Source of the DNA: Saccostrea echinata | Lineage: Eukaryota | Assembly (NCBI RefSeq): GCF_033153115.1 | Contig: NW_026889763.1 | Coordinates: forward strand, 15,934,001-15,998,000 | Direction: 5' to 3' | Length of the DNA stretch: 64,000 bases | Shown: positions 1 to 13,012 of the stretch, in pieces | Numbering within the stretch: position 1 is the stretch's first letter | Layout of the letters: each line of letters opens with the position of its first letter | Program-made: the position numbers and the translations under genes | The notes under the pieces: model-generated | Seen by the model: only the letters and a program-made list of their open reading frames with translations | Told to the model about the DNA's origin: nothing | Database searches by the model: none

Positions 1-1443
1 TCGAAAGTTGCCAGACCCTCCACCCGACCCCCTCCTCAGAATCAAATGGTGGTCCCCTTAATCGATTCAGCAAAATCCAATAATTCAGATATCTAATTCT
101 GTGGTTTATGATAGCTACAGCGCTAGCTCAACTATCTTTTTAAAAGATAAGCTTGTTATAATCTACGCTGTAGCGCACTTGCAGTTTCATCCCAAAGTAA
201 CTAATCAGCCCGTGGGCTAACTAATAAATGACCAAATAGTGGCATGTCTCAGATATTCGTTAATCTGTAGTATTTGGTTATGAAATTTGAGAAAGTCAAC
301 TGTACATCTTGTATAATGAAGTATAGCAACTATGTCGCTCCTTGATGACGGAAACGTTTAGCGCCTCTCCTGCATATACGTTCCATAGATATTGATTGCT
401 TTTTGAAAAGCTATTACTTGTTGTACGCTTAAGGATGCTCTTAACACTGCTCCATGAAGAGTTCTAATTACCTGGTAGATTTATGCAGTTAGAGTGATCT
501 GCCCTTTGATGAACAAAGGAAGAAGTGAAAATCTACAGTAAGTGACATGATTTGAAGTAGATTATTGTATTCTTAACATTACATTAGACCAAGATAAAGT
601 AATTAAAACATTATATGTATGTATGCTTTGGTCTGAATTTGATAATAACGATTCATTACGCATTCATGTGAAAATGGATATTTTGTTTCCGGGGGGGGGG
701 GGTGAAAATATTTTCCATTGATTTTTTTTTTATGAAAAACTTAAGTTTTACCAAAATTATAGAGTCATCTGTCTTTGTTTTCTGAAATAAATTACATTTT
801 GTGAAAATTCATATAAATATCTATATAAATATGAAAAATCATTCAAATATATTAACTTTAAAAAGTTGACTTGGAGGTAGGCGGCATAACAATATTATCG
901 TTCGTTGTTCTTAAAATAATTTTATCTACATCAGAGGAGGATCTAAGCTTTGACACCAACAGACTAGCTGAAGAAAAAAAATCTCTCAATTTATTAACTT
1001 GGCTTTAGAATTACTATTTAATAGCACATTTTTAACGAATAACCGAGTAAATAAATATAAAGTCGATGGTCAGTATGACCGAGCGATAGTCGAGTACTCG
1101 AATACTCTTTGACATTTTTAATCAATGCACATTAAGGGGCAGGTGCGCGTTGCTACAAATCAATTAGAATGATCTCGCGACGTGCTATCATTATGTGCAC
1201 AATGTACGTGAAAGTTTTATACTGCTTATATTAGTGAGAACACTGATGTTTCTTGAATTACTTTTTTTTATTTGAAAACAAACTTTATAATAGTTAATGA
1301 GAAATAGTATAATTTAAAATTTAAAGAAATTTTTTTCAAATTTCTTAGTTTGATGAAATATTTTTATATGTTTAGTGAATGTCTTTTATTTTCATATTTG
1401 GCACTGAAATACGTGTGCATGGAGTTTAATTTCCTAAAGCCTA

Positions 1444-1483
<40 letters not shown>

Positions 1484-2780
1484 ACTTTAGCGCATAAAAT
1501 TCAGCGGGACTACACTGGTTAAGCGCATTTCCAACATAAGATACGACTTTTCAATCTATACAATCAAATGAATATTTATTTATTTATCTTTTTTATTTTT
1601 TCAGCATCCACAGTTGCATTTTAATTTTTAAAATTACTTTTATAAAAAAAAAAAAAAAAAAAGAGAGAGACCTATTATTCGATTTACCTCAATGATCACA
1701 ACGAGTTCGTGTGTACCCAAAACACAGTCCTTGAACTGACAAACGCCCTTCCCTTTGAGATAAGTTAAGTGTTAAGCTATGATATGACAGGATTAAATAC
1801 ATTAATCACCTGATAAATAAAAATATGTGGCTTCAAGGGAGACAAGTGCCAAAACAACAATCGGTCCTATATTCATGAATTTTATCATATACAAAGAGAT
1901 ATCAAGTCTATAATTATATATCAGATAGATATCAATCTATTTATAGAACAACCTCATGCATCACACCTCCAAATACCACATTCTATCGCAAAGGGATTAA
2001 TATGTTAGGGACCTTTTTGATCCACTGTCTATCAGTCCTCTATGGCACTGTCTAATACTAGTACACGATTCTCAAATGAGTAATAAATTGTAAGGAAGTT
2101 CTGAACTAGTTTTCAAAAACAATGGTTTAACAATCTGTAAAGAAAATGAATAAAAATAATAATTAAAAAAAAAGAGTATACAAATTAATAAAGTTTTAAA
2201 ATTTATATATAAATTGATGAATAAAATCATTAATTTTAATTAATAATGTAGCAGACTTTAACTATACATGCATTAATACTAGTATGTCAATGCTTAAGTC
2301 ATGAATTAATGAAGTTAAGTAAATTCGGTATGACACCAAATCGATCAGAGTCAAGAAATATTGCTCAAAATTTTCTTCAAATAATTTTTTTTAAAACAAA
2401 TCCTTTCCTGTGATATTTGAAATATTACATGAATTAGATTAGATCTGTAACCAGAAAGAAGAAAACGTGGACTGGATATAGCATTTAGAAATCATATGAT
2501 CGTTAACGCAAATATTTGTTTGCATGAATTATAGTTCATCCAACTGACGCAAAACAAACACTGAGTACTTGATGCAGTTCTAACGCACGAAATTTACCTA
2601 ATAAATCCCTCACCCAGCCACTTTTCATGTCCCTAAAACTTGGTTTTTACAAAACGTTCGAGATAAGGGTATAAAATTTTTACCTGTTGGGTTTTCTTTC
2701 AAATAATCAATTTTTGCGCGTGCAGAAATTTCCGTATTTTGCCTAGATAGGATAACTATTTATATAAGTAATTTTTTCCC

Positions 2781-2824
<44 letters not shown>

Positions 2825-2905
2825 TTAATTTTTTTTTTTACAAAGTATATTTTACAGATATAGAATCAAAGACGAGCAGAAATTAAAATATATAAATATA
2901 CTTAC

Positions 2906-3067
2906 ACTTGTACCTGAGCCACTGATCGTGTATGTATACCCGGGTTTTAGTTTTCATACAACCCGTACAGTTATACATCTTTTTCTCGGCATTAGCACAG
3001 AATTCCCGGGCCCCTTGATTGAACACATTACATTGGTAACAGTTGATGGTGCCGCCTATTGTACATT
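2906..3067 (-). CDS. Ly6/uPAR three-finger (quiver/sleepless-like) protein, exon 2
   Basis: TTCAG acceptor with matching phase 1. Translates ECTIGGTINCYQCNVFNQGAREFCANAEKKMYNCTGCMKTKTRVYIHDQWLRYK and ends at a GTAAG donor. The CYQC and C-x2-CxK spacing is typical of LU/quiver domains. Later exons were not confidently found. Confidence 0.7.
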
Positions 3068-3303
3068 CTGAAATATGAAATGAAATTTTATTATATTTGA
3101 ATTAACCGAGCCGGGCGGTGAAGGAAAAAGGATCCCAAAAGTTATTTTACAGCTTTAGACAGACATTAATTAAATGAAAGGAAAAAAAAGAAAATTGATT
3201 TGGAAAAAGATAATTAATTGAATTAAAAGGAGGGAGAAAGGATCAACCAATTTAAAAAAAAAAAGGCAAGAAAACGCATATTTAGATTAGCAAAATAACT
3301 TAC

Positions 3304-3367
3304 CGGCAAAAGTAAATAGTGTACATCCTATAAAAAGAGTAATCCAGGAGATTCGAACCGAATTCAT
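3304..3367 (-). CDS. Ly6/uPAR three-finger (quiver/sleepless-like) protein, exon 1 (signal peptide)
   Basis: ATG at 3367 gives MNSVRISWITLFIGCTLFTFA+G, a hydrophobic signal-like peptide, followed by a GTAAG donor (phase 1). Confidence 0.7.
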
Positions 3368-3880
3368 TTCCTTTAAATGATTTCAAAATTTGTTTTTCAT
3401 GCCTCTGAAATTACGATAACACACACCATCCAATATCACGTTCCGTCGTTCTCGTGCGCATCTCGGAGCGCAGGGTGTAGTGCCTGATGTCACCTGTACA
3501 AGTATGGTGCATAAAAGATGACATTAATTACGTGAAAACGATTATTAATTTCATTAAGGGATACAGTGGTTAGGCGAAAGTGTATAGTTTATGAGTATCT
3601 CTATAATATAAAGCATCTTGTGTACAGTGTATGTATACAGTCACATATAAAATATCCTATGCCTTCAAGATTCTGTTGTCGGTCGTGGGTACTTTTTTGG
3701 TTGGCTAAGATGATATCAAGGTCCTCACTTGGTTTCTAGAAAGGAAGGAGTGCGGGGGGGGGGGGGTCTATGAGGGATATCTGTCCTCTAAGCAAGATTT
3801 ATATTTGTATAAATAGTTGTCATTTTTGGTGAGTTTGGTACACTCTAAAGACTTTTTTCAAATATAAATAATCAAACTTT

Positions 3881-3954
3881 CGCAGAGGAAGATGGCGACA
3901 GCTTGTTGAAGCCTTATGTCCCATAGGGGACGAAGAGAATAAGTAAGTAAGTAA
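3881..3954 (+). mobile_element. 3' terminal fragment of an RTE-clade LINE
   Basis: Encodes RGRWRQLVEALCP, typical of the RTE ORF C-terminus, followed by a short hairpin and a (TAAG)n tail. Confidence 0.6.
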
Positions 3955-4913
3955 ACTTTAGCAGAATAACATTAAACAATTGAACATTACTTTAAAAGAA
4001 TTGCTTTACAAGTTTTTTTTTTTTTTTTTAAAAATTAATTATTATTTAAGGTTTGTGATCCCCCCCCTTTTCTTCCTTCGATAGCATTGGAATAACTTGA
4101 ATATATGCTTTGGTAAAAATGAGAAAGAAAAGTTTTTATACATATAGATTTTACTCTAAAGTATAGCTCATTTTTCATCCAAACAGACTTTTTTTTCCTA
4201 AGGAAAACTGTTTCATTTACCATTCTGTATATCTTTATGTGTCTTCTGAATATCACAGTCTTTATCCCGGTATCTAGTTCATATTCAATTTTTTTTTTCT
4301 AAAATGTTTCGGAGAAACTAAGTGTGTGTGAAATGATACGTATGCCCGAACGTTGTCCCCTACTAACTGATCAATACCGTGACTAATCAATGAAAATTCG
4401 GTTATCTCGGGGCTTATTTCCTCCTCGTAATAATTAAACGAAAACAAACTCCGAATTTTCCTTTAACAGAAGCTGGTAAATGTTCGGATTGATACTGTTA
4501 ATTGTTGGCATCAAGAAATATAGACATTCAATTACTGTTTATAGACAGTTGTCCAACATGAAACCATTGCTGATGCAATATATTTTCTGTTAAGTACAGT
4601 GTTTATTTTGCCTTGGTTCCCGATATCACTTCGGCTCTTATCATTATTTATCGACGTATCTGGTTGCGTCACTATTTACCAAAAAAAATACCAATGTTGC
4701 CTAGAAAAGTTGTACAGGTCAATTCCCCTGTTGACATGCAATGAATAATTAGTGAAGTCATGAAAAACTCCCTTAGTTTTTAAAATATTATTGAATAGAA
4801 ATTCTTAAAATAAAAAGTGTATGTACGTATATGACTATGCGTCGATTTTTTAATGCCTCTTCTATAGATATTTCGGCTAATATAAGATTCTATATTCATC
4901 AAATATCCTTTAT

Positions 4914-5352
4914 TAATGACTCTTTAGGTAATGAGGAGTCTTGATTCAGTTCTTGTTTAATGACTCTTTAGGTAATGAGGAGTCTTGATTCAGTTCTTGT
5001 TTAGTGACTCTTTAGATAATGAGGAGTCTTGATTCAGTTCTTGTTTAATGACTCTTTAGGTAATGAAGAGTCTTGATTCAGTTCTTGTTTAATGACTCTT
5101 TAGGTAATGAGGAGTCTCGATTCAGTTCTTGTTTAACGACTCTTTAGATAATGAGGAGTCTCGATTCAGTTCTTGTTTAACGACTCTTTAGGTAATGAGG
5201 AGTCTCGATTCAGTTCTTGTTTAACGACTCTTTAGGTAATGAGGAGTCTCGATTCAGTTCTTGTTTAAGGACTCTTTAGGTAATGAGGAGTCTTGATTCA
5301 GTTCTTGTTTGATGACTCTTTAGGTAATGAGGAGTCTTGATTCAGTTCTTGC
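4914..5352. repeat. 44-bp minisatellite, ~10 copies
   Basis: Unit TAATGACTCTTTAGGTAATGAGGAGTCTTGATTCAGTTCTTGTT, near-identical copies, with an internal GACTC...GAGTC inverted repeat. Confidence 0.95.
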
Positions 5353-6408
5353 ATACAGACAAGTTTCCTGTTTGATCTTTGAAATTCATGCGATTTCTTT
5401 CTTCAGGAAATTTTCACGGAAATTCAATAAATTTCTTGGAGAGTGTTCTTTATTAGTCAAGTGATATTTTTTATTACAAATATTTTACAACCACTTCTTT
5501 CTAGAATGTATCTCCTTTTTTTAAAAAAAAAAAATAAATTGATATATTTACGTTCACCGAATGTTTTTCTTTTATTTCTTACGNNNNNNNNNNNNNNNNN
5601 NNNNNNNNNNNNNNNNNNNNNNNNNNNNNNNNNNNNNNNNNNNNNNNNNNNNNNNNNNNNNNNNNNNNNNNNNNNNNNNNNNNNNNNNNNNNNNNNNNNN
5701 NNNNNNNNNNNNNNNNAAAATAAAACAATAAAATGTCCAAACTCGATTTGTTTTTGTTTTTTTTTTCAACCAAATGCATTAATACAATACATCACAGGAG
5801 TAAATTTAAAAAAAGTATTACTATAGTAATATTATAGTATTACGTTTTTTTTAAATTGAAAATTTTGGTAAAATTGATAAGTATGCAAACTCCTGTGATT
5901 TGACTATATCGCAACAAAAGGGGGATCGGCCTTTCAGTGAAGATTTGCATGTAGTATAAGTTTATGTTTGGGAAAAAAGGGGGTATACACACCACCCCCC
6001 CCCCCCACCCCCTATACTTCGTGCCTGTGTCTGTAATATTAATGACAGAGTCAAGTATACTAAGTTATGGTTTATAAGAATTTTACTCAAATGATTTATA
6101 AGTCCAGCCAACACTACTGGTTTCTATACATGAGGGTTTTTTTTTTTGGGGGGGGGGGGGGAGGTTGTCACGAAATTGCAAGAAATATATAATATATAAA
6201 TCATTTAGGCCTAACTTAATGAAATGCATGAATAAATATATAAATTAATTGTTTTCCATTTTCATAATTGTATCTTAAGCATGCTCAAGATGAACTCTAT
6301 CTACATTCTACAATGATCCGCTCCGATTGCAACCTTTCATTATTCCGGGATCGGGATACCTTAAAAATCCAAATTACTTCAACAACAAACCCGATTTTTC
6401 CTTGAAAA

Positions 6409-6465
6409 ATGATCTCTTTACATCGACAAATCCTTTTCAAAATAAAGTTAAACAAACCTGTTTCG
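6409..6465 (+). CDS. NDUFV3: NADH dehydrogenase flavoprotein 3 (NDUFV3), exon 1 (mitochondrial presequence)
   Basis: MISLHRQILFKIKLNKPVS is basic with no acidic residues. The phase-0 GTAAG donor is compatible with exon 2. Confidence 0.7.
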
Positions 6466-6594
6466 GTAAGATGTTTACTTGTATTGTAATTAAAAAATGT
6501 TTCATAGCTATAAAATTTATTTTAAGTCATGTGGGTAATGTAAAGCAAATTATTATATTGATTAAAATGGGTCATTTGTTTCGTTCGAATTTCC

Positions 6595-7160
6595 TCAGTT
6601 TTGCCTTTCTGTACAGTCAAGTGACCTGTTGCTATCTGTGTTCGTCCATCGTACGTCTTCCGTTAACAATTGAATGATTTAAGCTTTTTTTCAAACCGCT
6701 GAACCAATTTCAACCAATATTGGTAATAGTATCTATGGGCTAAGAGGAAGAAAAATATGTGAATTTCATGCCCCCCCCCCCCTTTGGTCTGAGAGGTGAG
6801 ACCAAAATCCATCAAAATTAGTGCAATCTCCTATTTCTCCTCTACTCCTGGACCCGAAGCAGTCAAACTGTTGCATGATTGCACTGAGCCTTCTACCAGA
6901 ATTATGAAATTCATATTCATGGCCCCAGAGTCATGGGTTATGGTATTAGGGTGGGAATCAATAGATCATTCAATAGATCATATTGTGATATAGTGATCCT
7001 CGTTTTTCCCCTTGTATGTTTAGCAGACAAACTAAGCGCATAGTTCTGATGCACAAGAGTGCCTCGATCTCCAAATTTTTGAAAAATGTGGCCCCTGGAT
7101 CAGGGGTTCTTGTGTTAGGGCAGGGCTCTATTGATTCTTTAGAGAAATGCATTAGGCCAC
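6595..7160 (+). mobile_element. Degenerate Helentron-associated (HINE-like) element with satellite-like monomers
   Basis: GTCC/CGTC-type microsatellite after a GTGACCT motif, followed by degenerate monomers. A related block recurs at about 8060-8150. Confidence 0.4.
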
Positions 7161-8320
7161 AGGTTTTTTATGTCTTAGTTTACGGATCTGCCGACTCTAA
7201 TATTGGAGGAATTAGAAAGAAAATAAAATGCAAATTTCCTACTGTTTTTAATTCTGGCAACTTAATTCAACTAGCATTTGTTTTAATTTTGCAGAAACAC
7301 TTACTATTGCTATACATGTATATTTAAGAAAATAATATTGTTTAGAAAAATTATTTATATTAACAGTATTTGAAATAACCGTGCACCCAACTGCCCGAGA
7401 CGCACAAATTTTGCAGCGGGTTAACAAATATGCAAGTATTGACACCCAGCTGGACAAGTTAAAATTTTCCATAATTAAAATTCACATATTAATTTGATAA
7501 TTAAATCTCTTTCTTGTCAACTAATAGTATCGGTAGCAAAGTGTAACAAGCCAAGAGGAAGAATTCATTAGTCTATAGATTCTGTTTCAAAGTTATGGTG
7601 ACCTGGTTCCAGTCACATAATCGTTAAAAACAAATTTATAACAAAAGACAATTATTTTCTTGGGCTAGTAGATCTTTGGCAGGGCTGACAACTTTTACCA
7701 GCAGTCAGTCCAGCATGTCTGGCTTATTTTGCAGTGAGTTTCAAACACTGATATTAATAAAAATACATGTATACAATGCATTTTCTTTATAATGATCAAT
7801 CATGAATGAATTAAAAAAATAAATGTTCATCTGTTTGATATGATGCATGTTGACCATTTTTTACCTAGATTTGAATTGGAACTTAATATTACTATTTAAT
7901 GAATTCATCTCACTTTTTTGTTTGTTTTTATAATGTAAAAAATTGAGGTGCTTAGTTGTGGGCGTATATGCAAGACTCCCAGATTTTTCCAGATAGGGCT
8001 CCATTAATCACATACAAAAATGCATTAATTCTTTGAAAACTTTCAGAATCTCTGCTCTTGAGTATTTAGCAGACAAACTAAGTGCATAGTAATTGTGAAA
8101 TCAAGGCCCAAGAGACAGAGGTTCTGGAGTAAGGGTGGGGCTCTATCATGAACATGTATTAAAATATTTATGCTGCTTCAAGAGAAGTTATTCCCCTACG
8201 TTATTCAATACAGTATTATGATAATCAATGTAAATAATGTACTTGATAGGTAGATTGAATAAAAAATACAAGGATTTGTAAAATGTAATATAAAAATTAC
8301 TTTCATAGTTTTTAATAATG

Positions 8321-8556
8321 ATTTGTTTGTTTGTTTATTGTTTAACGTCCCTCTCGAGAATTTTTCACTCATATGGAGACGCCACCACTTGCCGGTGGAG
8401 AGCTGCAAATTTTGACCTATACTCGGCACTTAGGACCATTGAGCAGTGAGGGATCTTTTTTCGTGTTAGCACCTACTGGGACACGGGAGCTCGGTTTATA
8501 CGGTCTCATCCGAAGGACTGGTCTCCACGTCCCACAGTGGGATTCGAACCCGCGAC
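8321..8556 (-). mobile_element. tRNA-derived SINE with Deu(Nin) domain
   Basis: On the - strand: B box GGTTCGAATCCC, then CCTTCGGATGAGACC (Deu-domain-like), the tail GAGTGAAAAATTCTCGAG and (CAAA)n. Homologous to 42840-43156. Confidence 0.8.
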
Positions 8557-9167
8557 ATATTTTAATAATGAAGTTGACTTTTAAATACTAGTAATTGATG
8601 AATGAAAATGAGACGGAAATACCTTATATATGTACATTAAATATTATTCTAAGTCCAAGAGAGGCCAATATGGTATGAGGATAATGCTGATTGATTGTGT
8701 TCCATTAATTGTGATAGAGTGCAGATTGCACTGGCACATACAGGCAAGTTCTTGAGGTGTTGCTGATTACCAGACTAACTACATGTATTTCATTGACCAC
8801 TGATCATTCTTTTTCTCTTGTTTCATAATTATTTACCATTTCGTGGATTCTTAAGTTACAGGGTATTATATAGTAAAAACTTACAATGCAGAAAAACTTA
8901 TGCCCCTTAGTGAATTTACACTGCTGTAGATTATTATTGCTATATTATATGATGTATGGCTCCTCTTGGTTTCCAGAAATCACTAGAATGAGCTCTGGAG
9001 TCTGAATCATGCATCAGATTTGTTCCAGAAAGGAACATGCACGAAAATCACGAGAGCAACTTCCCCCTGTAATATAGTTTTCTTATACGCTAATAAATTT
9101 TACATATTCTGCTATATTAAAGGGTTTTTATCACGTATCTAAATTTCTTAAAAATGAAACACTTTTA

Positions 9168-11902
9168 TATCCTCTGTCATTCAGTGTAACGGTATCTCAA
9201 AATGCTCCATGTAACCATACAGAGGTAGGAAGTAAAGATCAATCAAGTGTGAAGTTATGGTGTGCGAACAAAGCAGACGATTTTCGAGCTAGTATAGACC
9301 GGTATAAATCTACAACCACCAAAATTGAAGAAGAAATCGGGGATCTAATGAATTTAGAAAATGGTCTGGAAAAAGAGCATTTGAACAGTGTAATGTCAAA
9401 AATCTGCAATGTGTTTCTAAGCGCAGCCAAAGAATCATTTGGGATTAAACATGAAATAAAAAGCACAAAGAAAAAATCCGAAAAACCATGGTTTAATCGT
9501 TATTGTAGAACGGCGAGGAAAAAATTTCACTTAGCTAAACGTATGCATAATAGAATTAAAACCCAAGATTTTAGAGAAAATCTAAAAATAGCTAGCAAAG
9601 AATATAAAAATGTAATGGATTTATCAATAAACGACTATAGACAAGATCTCTCTCAGAAAATTAAAAGATTGCGAACAAACAACACAAAGGAATACTGGAA
9701 AATATTAAATAGCCAAAATAAAAATAACAAATGTACAGCTGATTTAAATAATCTGTATACTTTTTTCAAAAATATTAATGAAGCCGATTTAGACGAAACT
9801 GATTCTGAAATCAACATCACTGAACAAAGTAGATATAATGAAATACTTGATTGTCCAATTTCGCAAGATGAAATTTTGGCCGCCGTAAAAGACCTAAAAA
9901 ACAACAAATCTCCCGGAAGTGACCATATTCTTAATGAACATATTAGTACCACTATTTCACTGTTTCTGTCTTTATACGAGAAACTGTTTAATCTCATTTT
10001 TAACTCTGGGATAGTACCGGAAGAATGGCTTATAGGCATTGTAAAACCTATTTATAAAAATAAAGGAGATCCAACACAACCCGAGAACTATCGCCCGATC
10101 ACATTGTTGAGTTGCCTTGGGAAACTTTTCACTAGTATTTTGAAAAAACGATTAGAAATATATGCAGAAAATGTCAGTCTGATTAACGAAAGTCAAACAG
10201 GTTTCAGAAAAGGGTACTCTACATTAGATAATATATTGATTTTGCATTTTCTGTCACAAGCACTTATAAATAGCAAAAAAAAGTTATATTGTGCGTTCAT
10301 CGACTTTAAACAGGCTTTTGATACTGTTTGGAGAGGTGGTCTTTGGTATAAATTATTTTCAAATGGTGTTAGTGGGAAATGTTTTACTTACATTAGAAAT
10401 ATGTATGCAGGTATAAAATCAAGAATAAATGTGGATGGTGTGTCTTCTGAATATTTCACCTGCAATGTCGGAGTCAGACAAGGCGAAAATCTATCACCTT
10501 TTTTATTTTCTCTGTATATCAATGACTTAGAAAATTATCTTACAGAAAGGAATGTTAATGGCTTACAGAATTTGTCTAAAGAGATTGAAGATGATCTTAC
10601 CGTTTTTATCAAACTGTTTATATTATTTTATGCAGATGATACTGTTATTTTGTCTGAAACTGCAAATGATCTACAACATGCATTAAATGAATTTTCTGCA
10701 TATTGTAAAACATGGAAACTCCATGTTAATGTCAATAAAACAAAAATTGTCATTTTTTCAAAAGGACCATCACCCAAACATACATTTAAATACAACAACG
10801 ATGTTTTAGAAACTGTAAAAGATTTCAATTACTTAGGTATTTTATTCTCAAGATCAGGGTCATTTTCAAAGGCTAAGAAACACTTATGTAATCAAGCACA
10901 AAAGGCAATGTACGGAATTATAAGAAAAATTCGTTTATATAATCTACCTTTTGATTGTCAGCTAGATCTATTTGATAAAGTTGTTGTTCCTGTTTTGTTA
11001 TATGGGTGCGAAATATGGGGATTTGAAAATATTGATATTATTGAACGTTTACATTTAAGATTTTTGAAATATATTTTAAACCTAAAATCTAGTACACCGA
11101 GTTTTATGGTATACGGGGAGACTGGACGTTACCCGATGTACGTACGCATTTATACAAGAATGATATCTTTCTGGGGGAAACTGTTACATGGAAATGAGAA
11201 TAAGATTTGTAGAATTATTTATTTACACCTTTATAATAAATATACCAAAAATGGAATCAATAATCCATGGATATCTTGCATACAGAATATTCTTAACACT
11301 GCAGGACTATGTAATGTTTGGAATGATCAAAATTTTCATAGTGTTAAATGGATTGCGACTGCAATAAACCAAAAGCTTAAAGACCAATTTTTACAAAAAT
11401 GGTATAGTGATATGAATAATTCCAGTAAAGGTATTACATATAGAATTTTTAAAACAAAGTTTGAATGTGAAAAATACTTAACTATTTTACCAAGAAAATT
11501 TAGAAATATCTTTTCAAAATTCAGAACAAGTAACCATCGTCTTCCCATAGAGGTGGGTAGATGGAATAATGTTGAAAGAAATGAAAGAGTGTGCTATTTA
11601 TGTAATAATAATCAAATTGGAGACGAATTTCATTACTTACTGGAATGTAATGTATTTTGTAATATTCGAAAAGATTTTCTGTTAAAGAAATACTATGTAC
11701 ATCCAAATATTATAAAATTCTGTAATTTAATGACAAATACTGACCCAGCATTCTTAAGAAAATTGTGTATATTTATCATCAAAATTTTTGACACTGTCTG
11801 TCCTCCTGTAATCTCTGCTCGTCCATAATTATTGTAAATATGTATATATGTACCTCTTGTACCATTCATATGGTTTTTGAGAGAATAAATGAATGAATGA
11901 AT
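9168..11902 (+). mobile_element. 5'-truncated non-LTR retrotransposon (RTE-X-like) in NDUFV3 intron 1
   Basis: The frame is open from about 9168 (PLSFSV, the likely last remnant of the endonuclease). The 3' UTR has AATAAA and a (TGAA)n tail at 11884-11902. Clade assignment is from recalled motifs, not a search. Confidence 0.9.
9249..11828 (+). CDS. LINE ORF2 reverse transcriptase with C-terminal zinc knuckle (endonuclease missing)
   Basis: Uninterrupted 859-aa ORF with KSPG, ENYRPITLLSCLGK, QTGFR, FIDFKQAFD, GVRQGENLSP, YADD, YLG and C-x2-C...H-x4-C. Confidence 0.95.
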   Translation: MKLWCANKADDFRASIDRYKSTTTKIEEEIGDLMNLENGLEKEHLNSVMSKICNVFLSAAKESFGIKHEIKSTKKKSEKPWFNRYCRTARKKFHLAKRMHNRIKTQDFRENLKIASKEYKNVMDLSINDYRQDLSQKIKRLRTNNTKEYWKILNSQNKNNKCTADLNNLYTFFKNINEADLDETDSEINITEQSRYNEILDCPISQDEILAAVKDLKNNKSPGSDHILNEHISTTISLFLSLYEKLFNLIFNSGIVPEEWLIGIVKPIYKNKGDPTQPENYRPITLLSCLGKLFTSILKKRLEIYAENVSLINESQTGFRKGYSTLDNILILHFLSQALINSKKKLYCAFIDFKQAFDTVWRGGLWYKLFSNGVSGKCFTYIRNMYAGIKSRINVDGVSSEYFTCNVGVRQGENLSPFLFSLYINDLENYLTERNVNGLQNLSKEIEDDLTVFIKLFILFYADDTVILSETANDLQHALNEFSAYCKTWKLHVNVNKTKIVIFSKGPSPKHTFKYNNDVLETVKDFNYLGILFSRSGSFSKAKKHLCNQAQKAMYGIIRKIRLYNLPFDCQLDLFDKVVVPVLLYGCEIWGFENIDIIERLHLRFLKYILNLKSSTPSFMVYGETGRYPMYVRIYTRMISFWGKLLHGNENKICRIIYLHLYNKYTKNGINNPWISCIQNILNTAGLCNVWNDQNFHSVKWIATAINQKLKDQFLQKWYSDMNNSSKGITYRIFKTKFECEKYLTILPRKFRNIFSKFRTSNHRLPIEVGRWNNVERNERVCYLCNNNQIGDEFHYLLECNVFCNIRKDFLLKKYYVHPNIIKFCNLMTNTDPAFLRKLCIFIIKIFDTVCPPVISARP

Positions 11903-12043
11903 ATATTCTTGAAACATATTATTATCGTTTAATTATGAAATAATGTTGAAAACGGCCGTAATTAGACGATAAAACGCCCGTAATATAGGGTCCTCGAAGT
12001 AAAAATCTCCACTAATTAGATAGGGGTCACGTGGTACTGAAAC

Positions 12044-12909
12044 GTCATAGGTGTCAATGGTCAATAGAACTCGTAAAGCTTATCGTAAAAAATATATATA
12101 TATATATTGAATAGATTTTTTCGCTAAATAAATAGAATACACAGTATGGCCGGTTGAAATTTTGACATAGACTAATTCCTTTGGTTATGGACGGTCAATC
12201 CTTTAGGTATGAACGTCTAGCAGAGAGAAATAACCCTAAAATATGCCAACAATTGGAGAGAGGTCACCGAATATGAAGCCGTTGACAACTCGGGACTTCA
12301 ACTAAATAGAACGGATTACTAAAGTTTAACTTCGTAAACATTTATAAATATGGGAATTTTAAATTCCTCTTCATTATTATTTTGATTAATCATAAATAAA
12401 TAAATACTGTATATCTTCTATCTGTTCTAGCAGTGAATATCATGTACTAGAAATGCCACTTCTTCAATGGCGCCGTACGCCATTACGAAAGTTCACAACA
12501 TTCCTACTAGATTCTGTGCGACTTTTAAAAAATGCGTGTTTGTCATTTATTTTTTTTTTTTTTAAAAAAGTATCTTTCCTTAAAATATTTTATAGGACAG
12601 AAGAAAAAAAATCGTGATCGATCGGGCATAAACGATTGTTCTGAATGGAGATAAACACCATCGCATTTGCAGAGAAAGGCCCCCCTTTTATCTCTCGACC
12701 AAGTCCAGGAAAATGTGGGGAAAAAATTCTTCCAAAAACCTTTCTTGTGCACATTTGCGCACCATAAAGCCATAAATTATACCTTACAAGTTGTCAATTA
12801 TTCAATTATCACTTAATTATTTTCTAACAGGTTTAAAAGACACAACAAATGAGCCCTTTTGTATACACAATAAGTACTTCGCTTGACCAGGATTGACACC
12901 TATGACGTC
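12044..12909. mobile_element. Probable non-autonomous DNA element with subterminal inverted repeats
   Basis: ACGTCATAGGTGTCAAT (about 12043) is inverted as ATTGACACCTATGACGT (about 12891). True ends and TSD not resolved. Confidence 0.45.
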
Positions 12910-13012
12910 AGAGCAATGGCGCGTAACATCGGCGATCAAAATATGCATATTGAGAAATTCAAACTTTGAATTAACTTGTATGACAGGTATAAGTTTAATC
13001 CTATAATTTCAG

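Noticed and set aside
330-410. Possible third exon of the Ly6-like gene (SISMERICRRG...)
   Set aside because: The phase does not fit a good acceptor and the terminal CC...CN motif is absent.
4914-5352. CRISPR-like array of palindromic repeats
   Set aside because: The units are contiguous with no unique spacers, there are no cas genes, and the context is eukaryotic.
5443-5826. ORFs spanning N runs (also 34024-34471 and 35725-36000)
   Set aside because: Artefacts of assembly gaps.
9653-11917. Minus-strand ORFs overlapping the LINE (and similar antisense ORFs at 17163-17665 and 55317-56144)
   Set aside because: Antisense shadows of real coding frames with no recognisable motifs.
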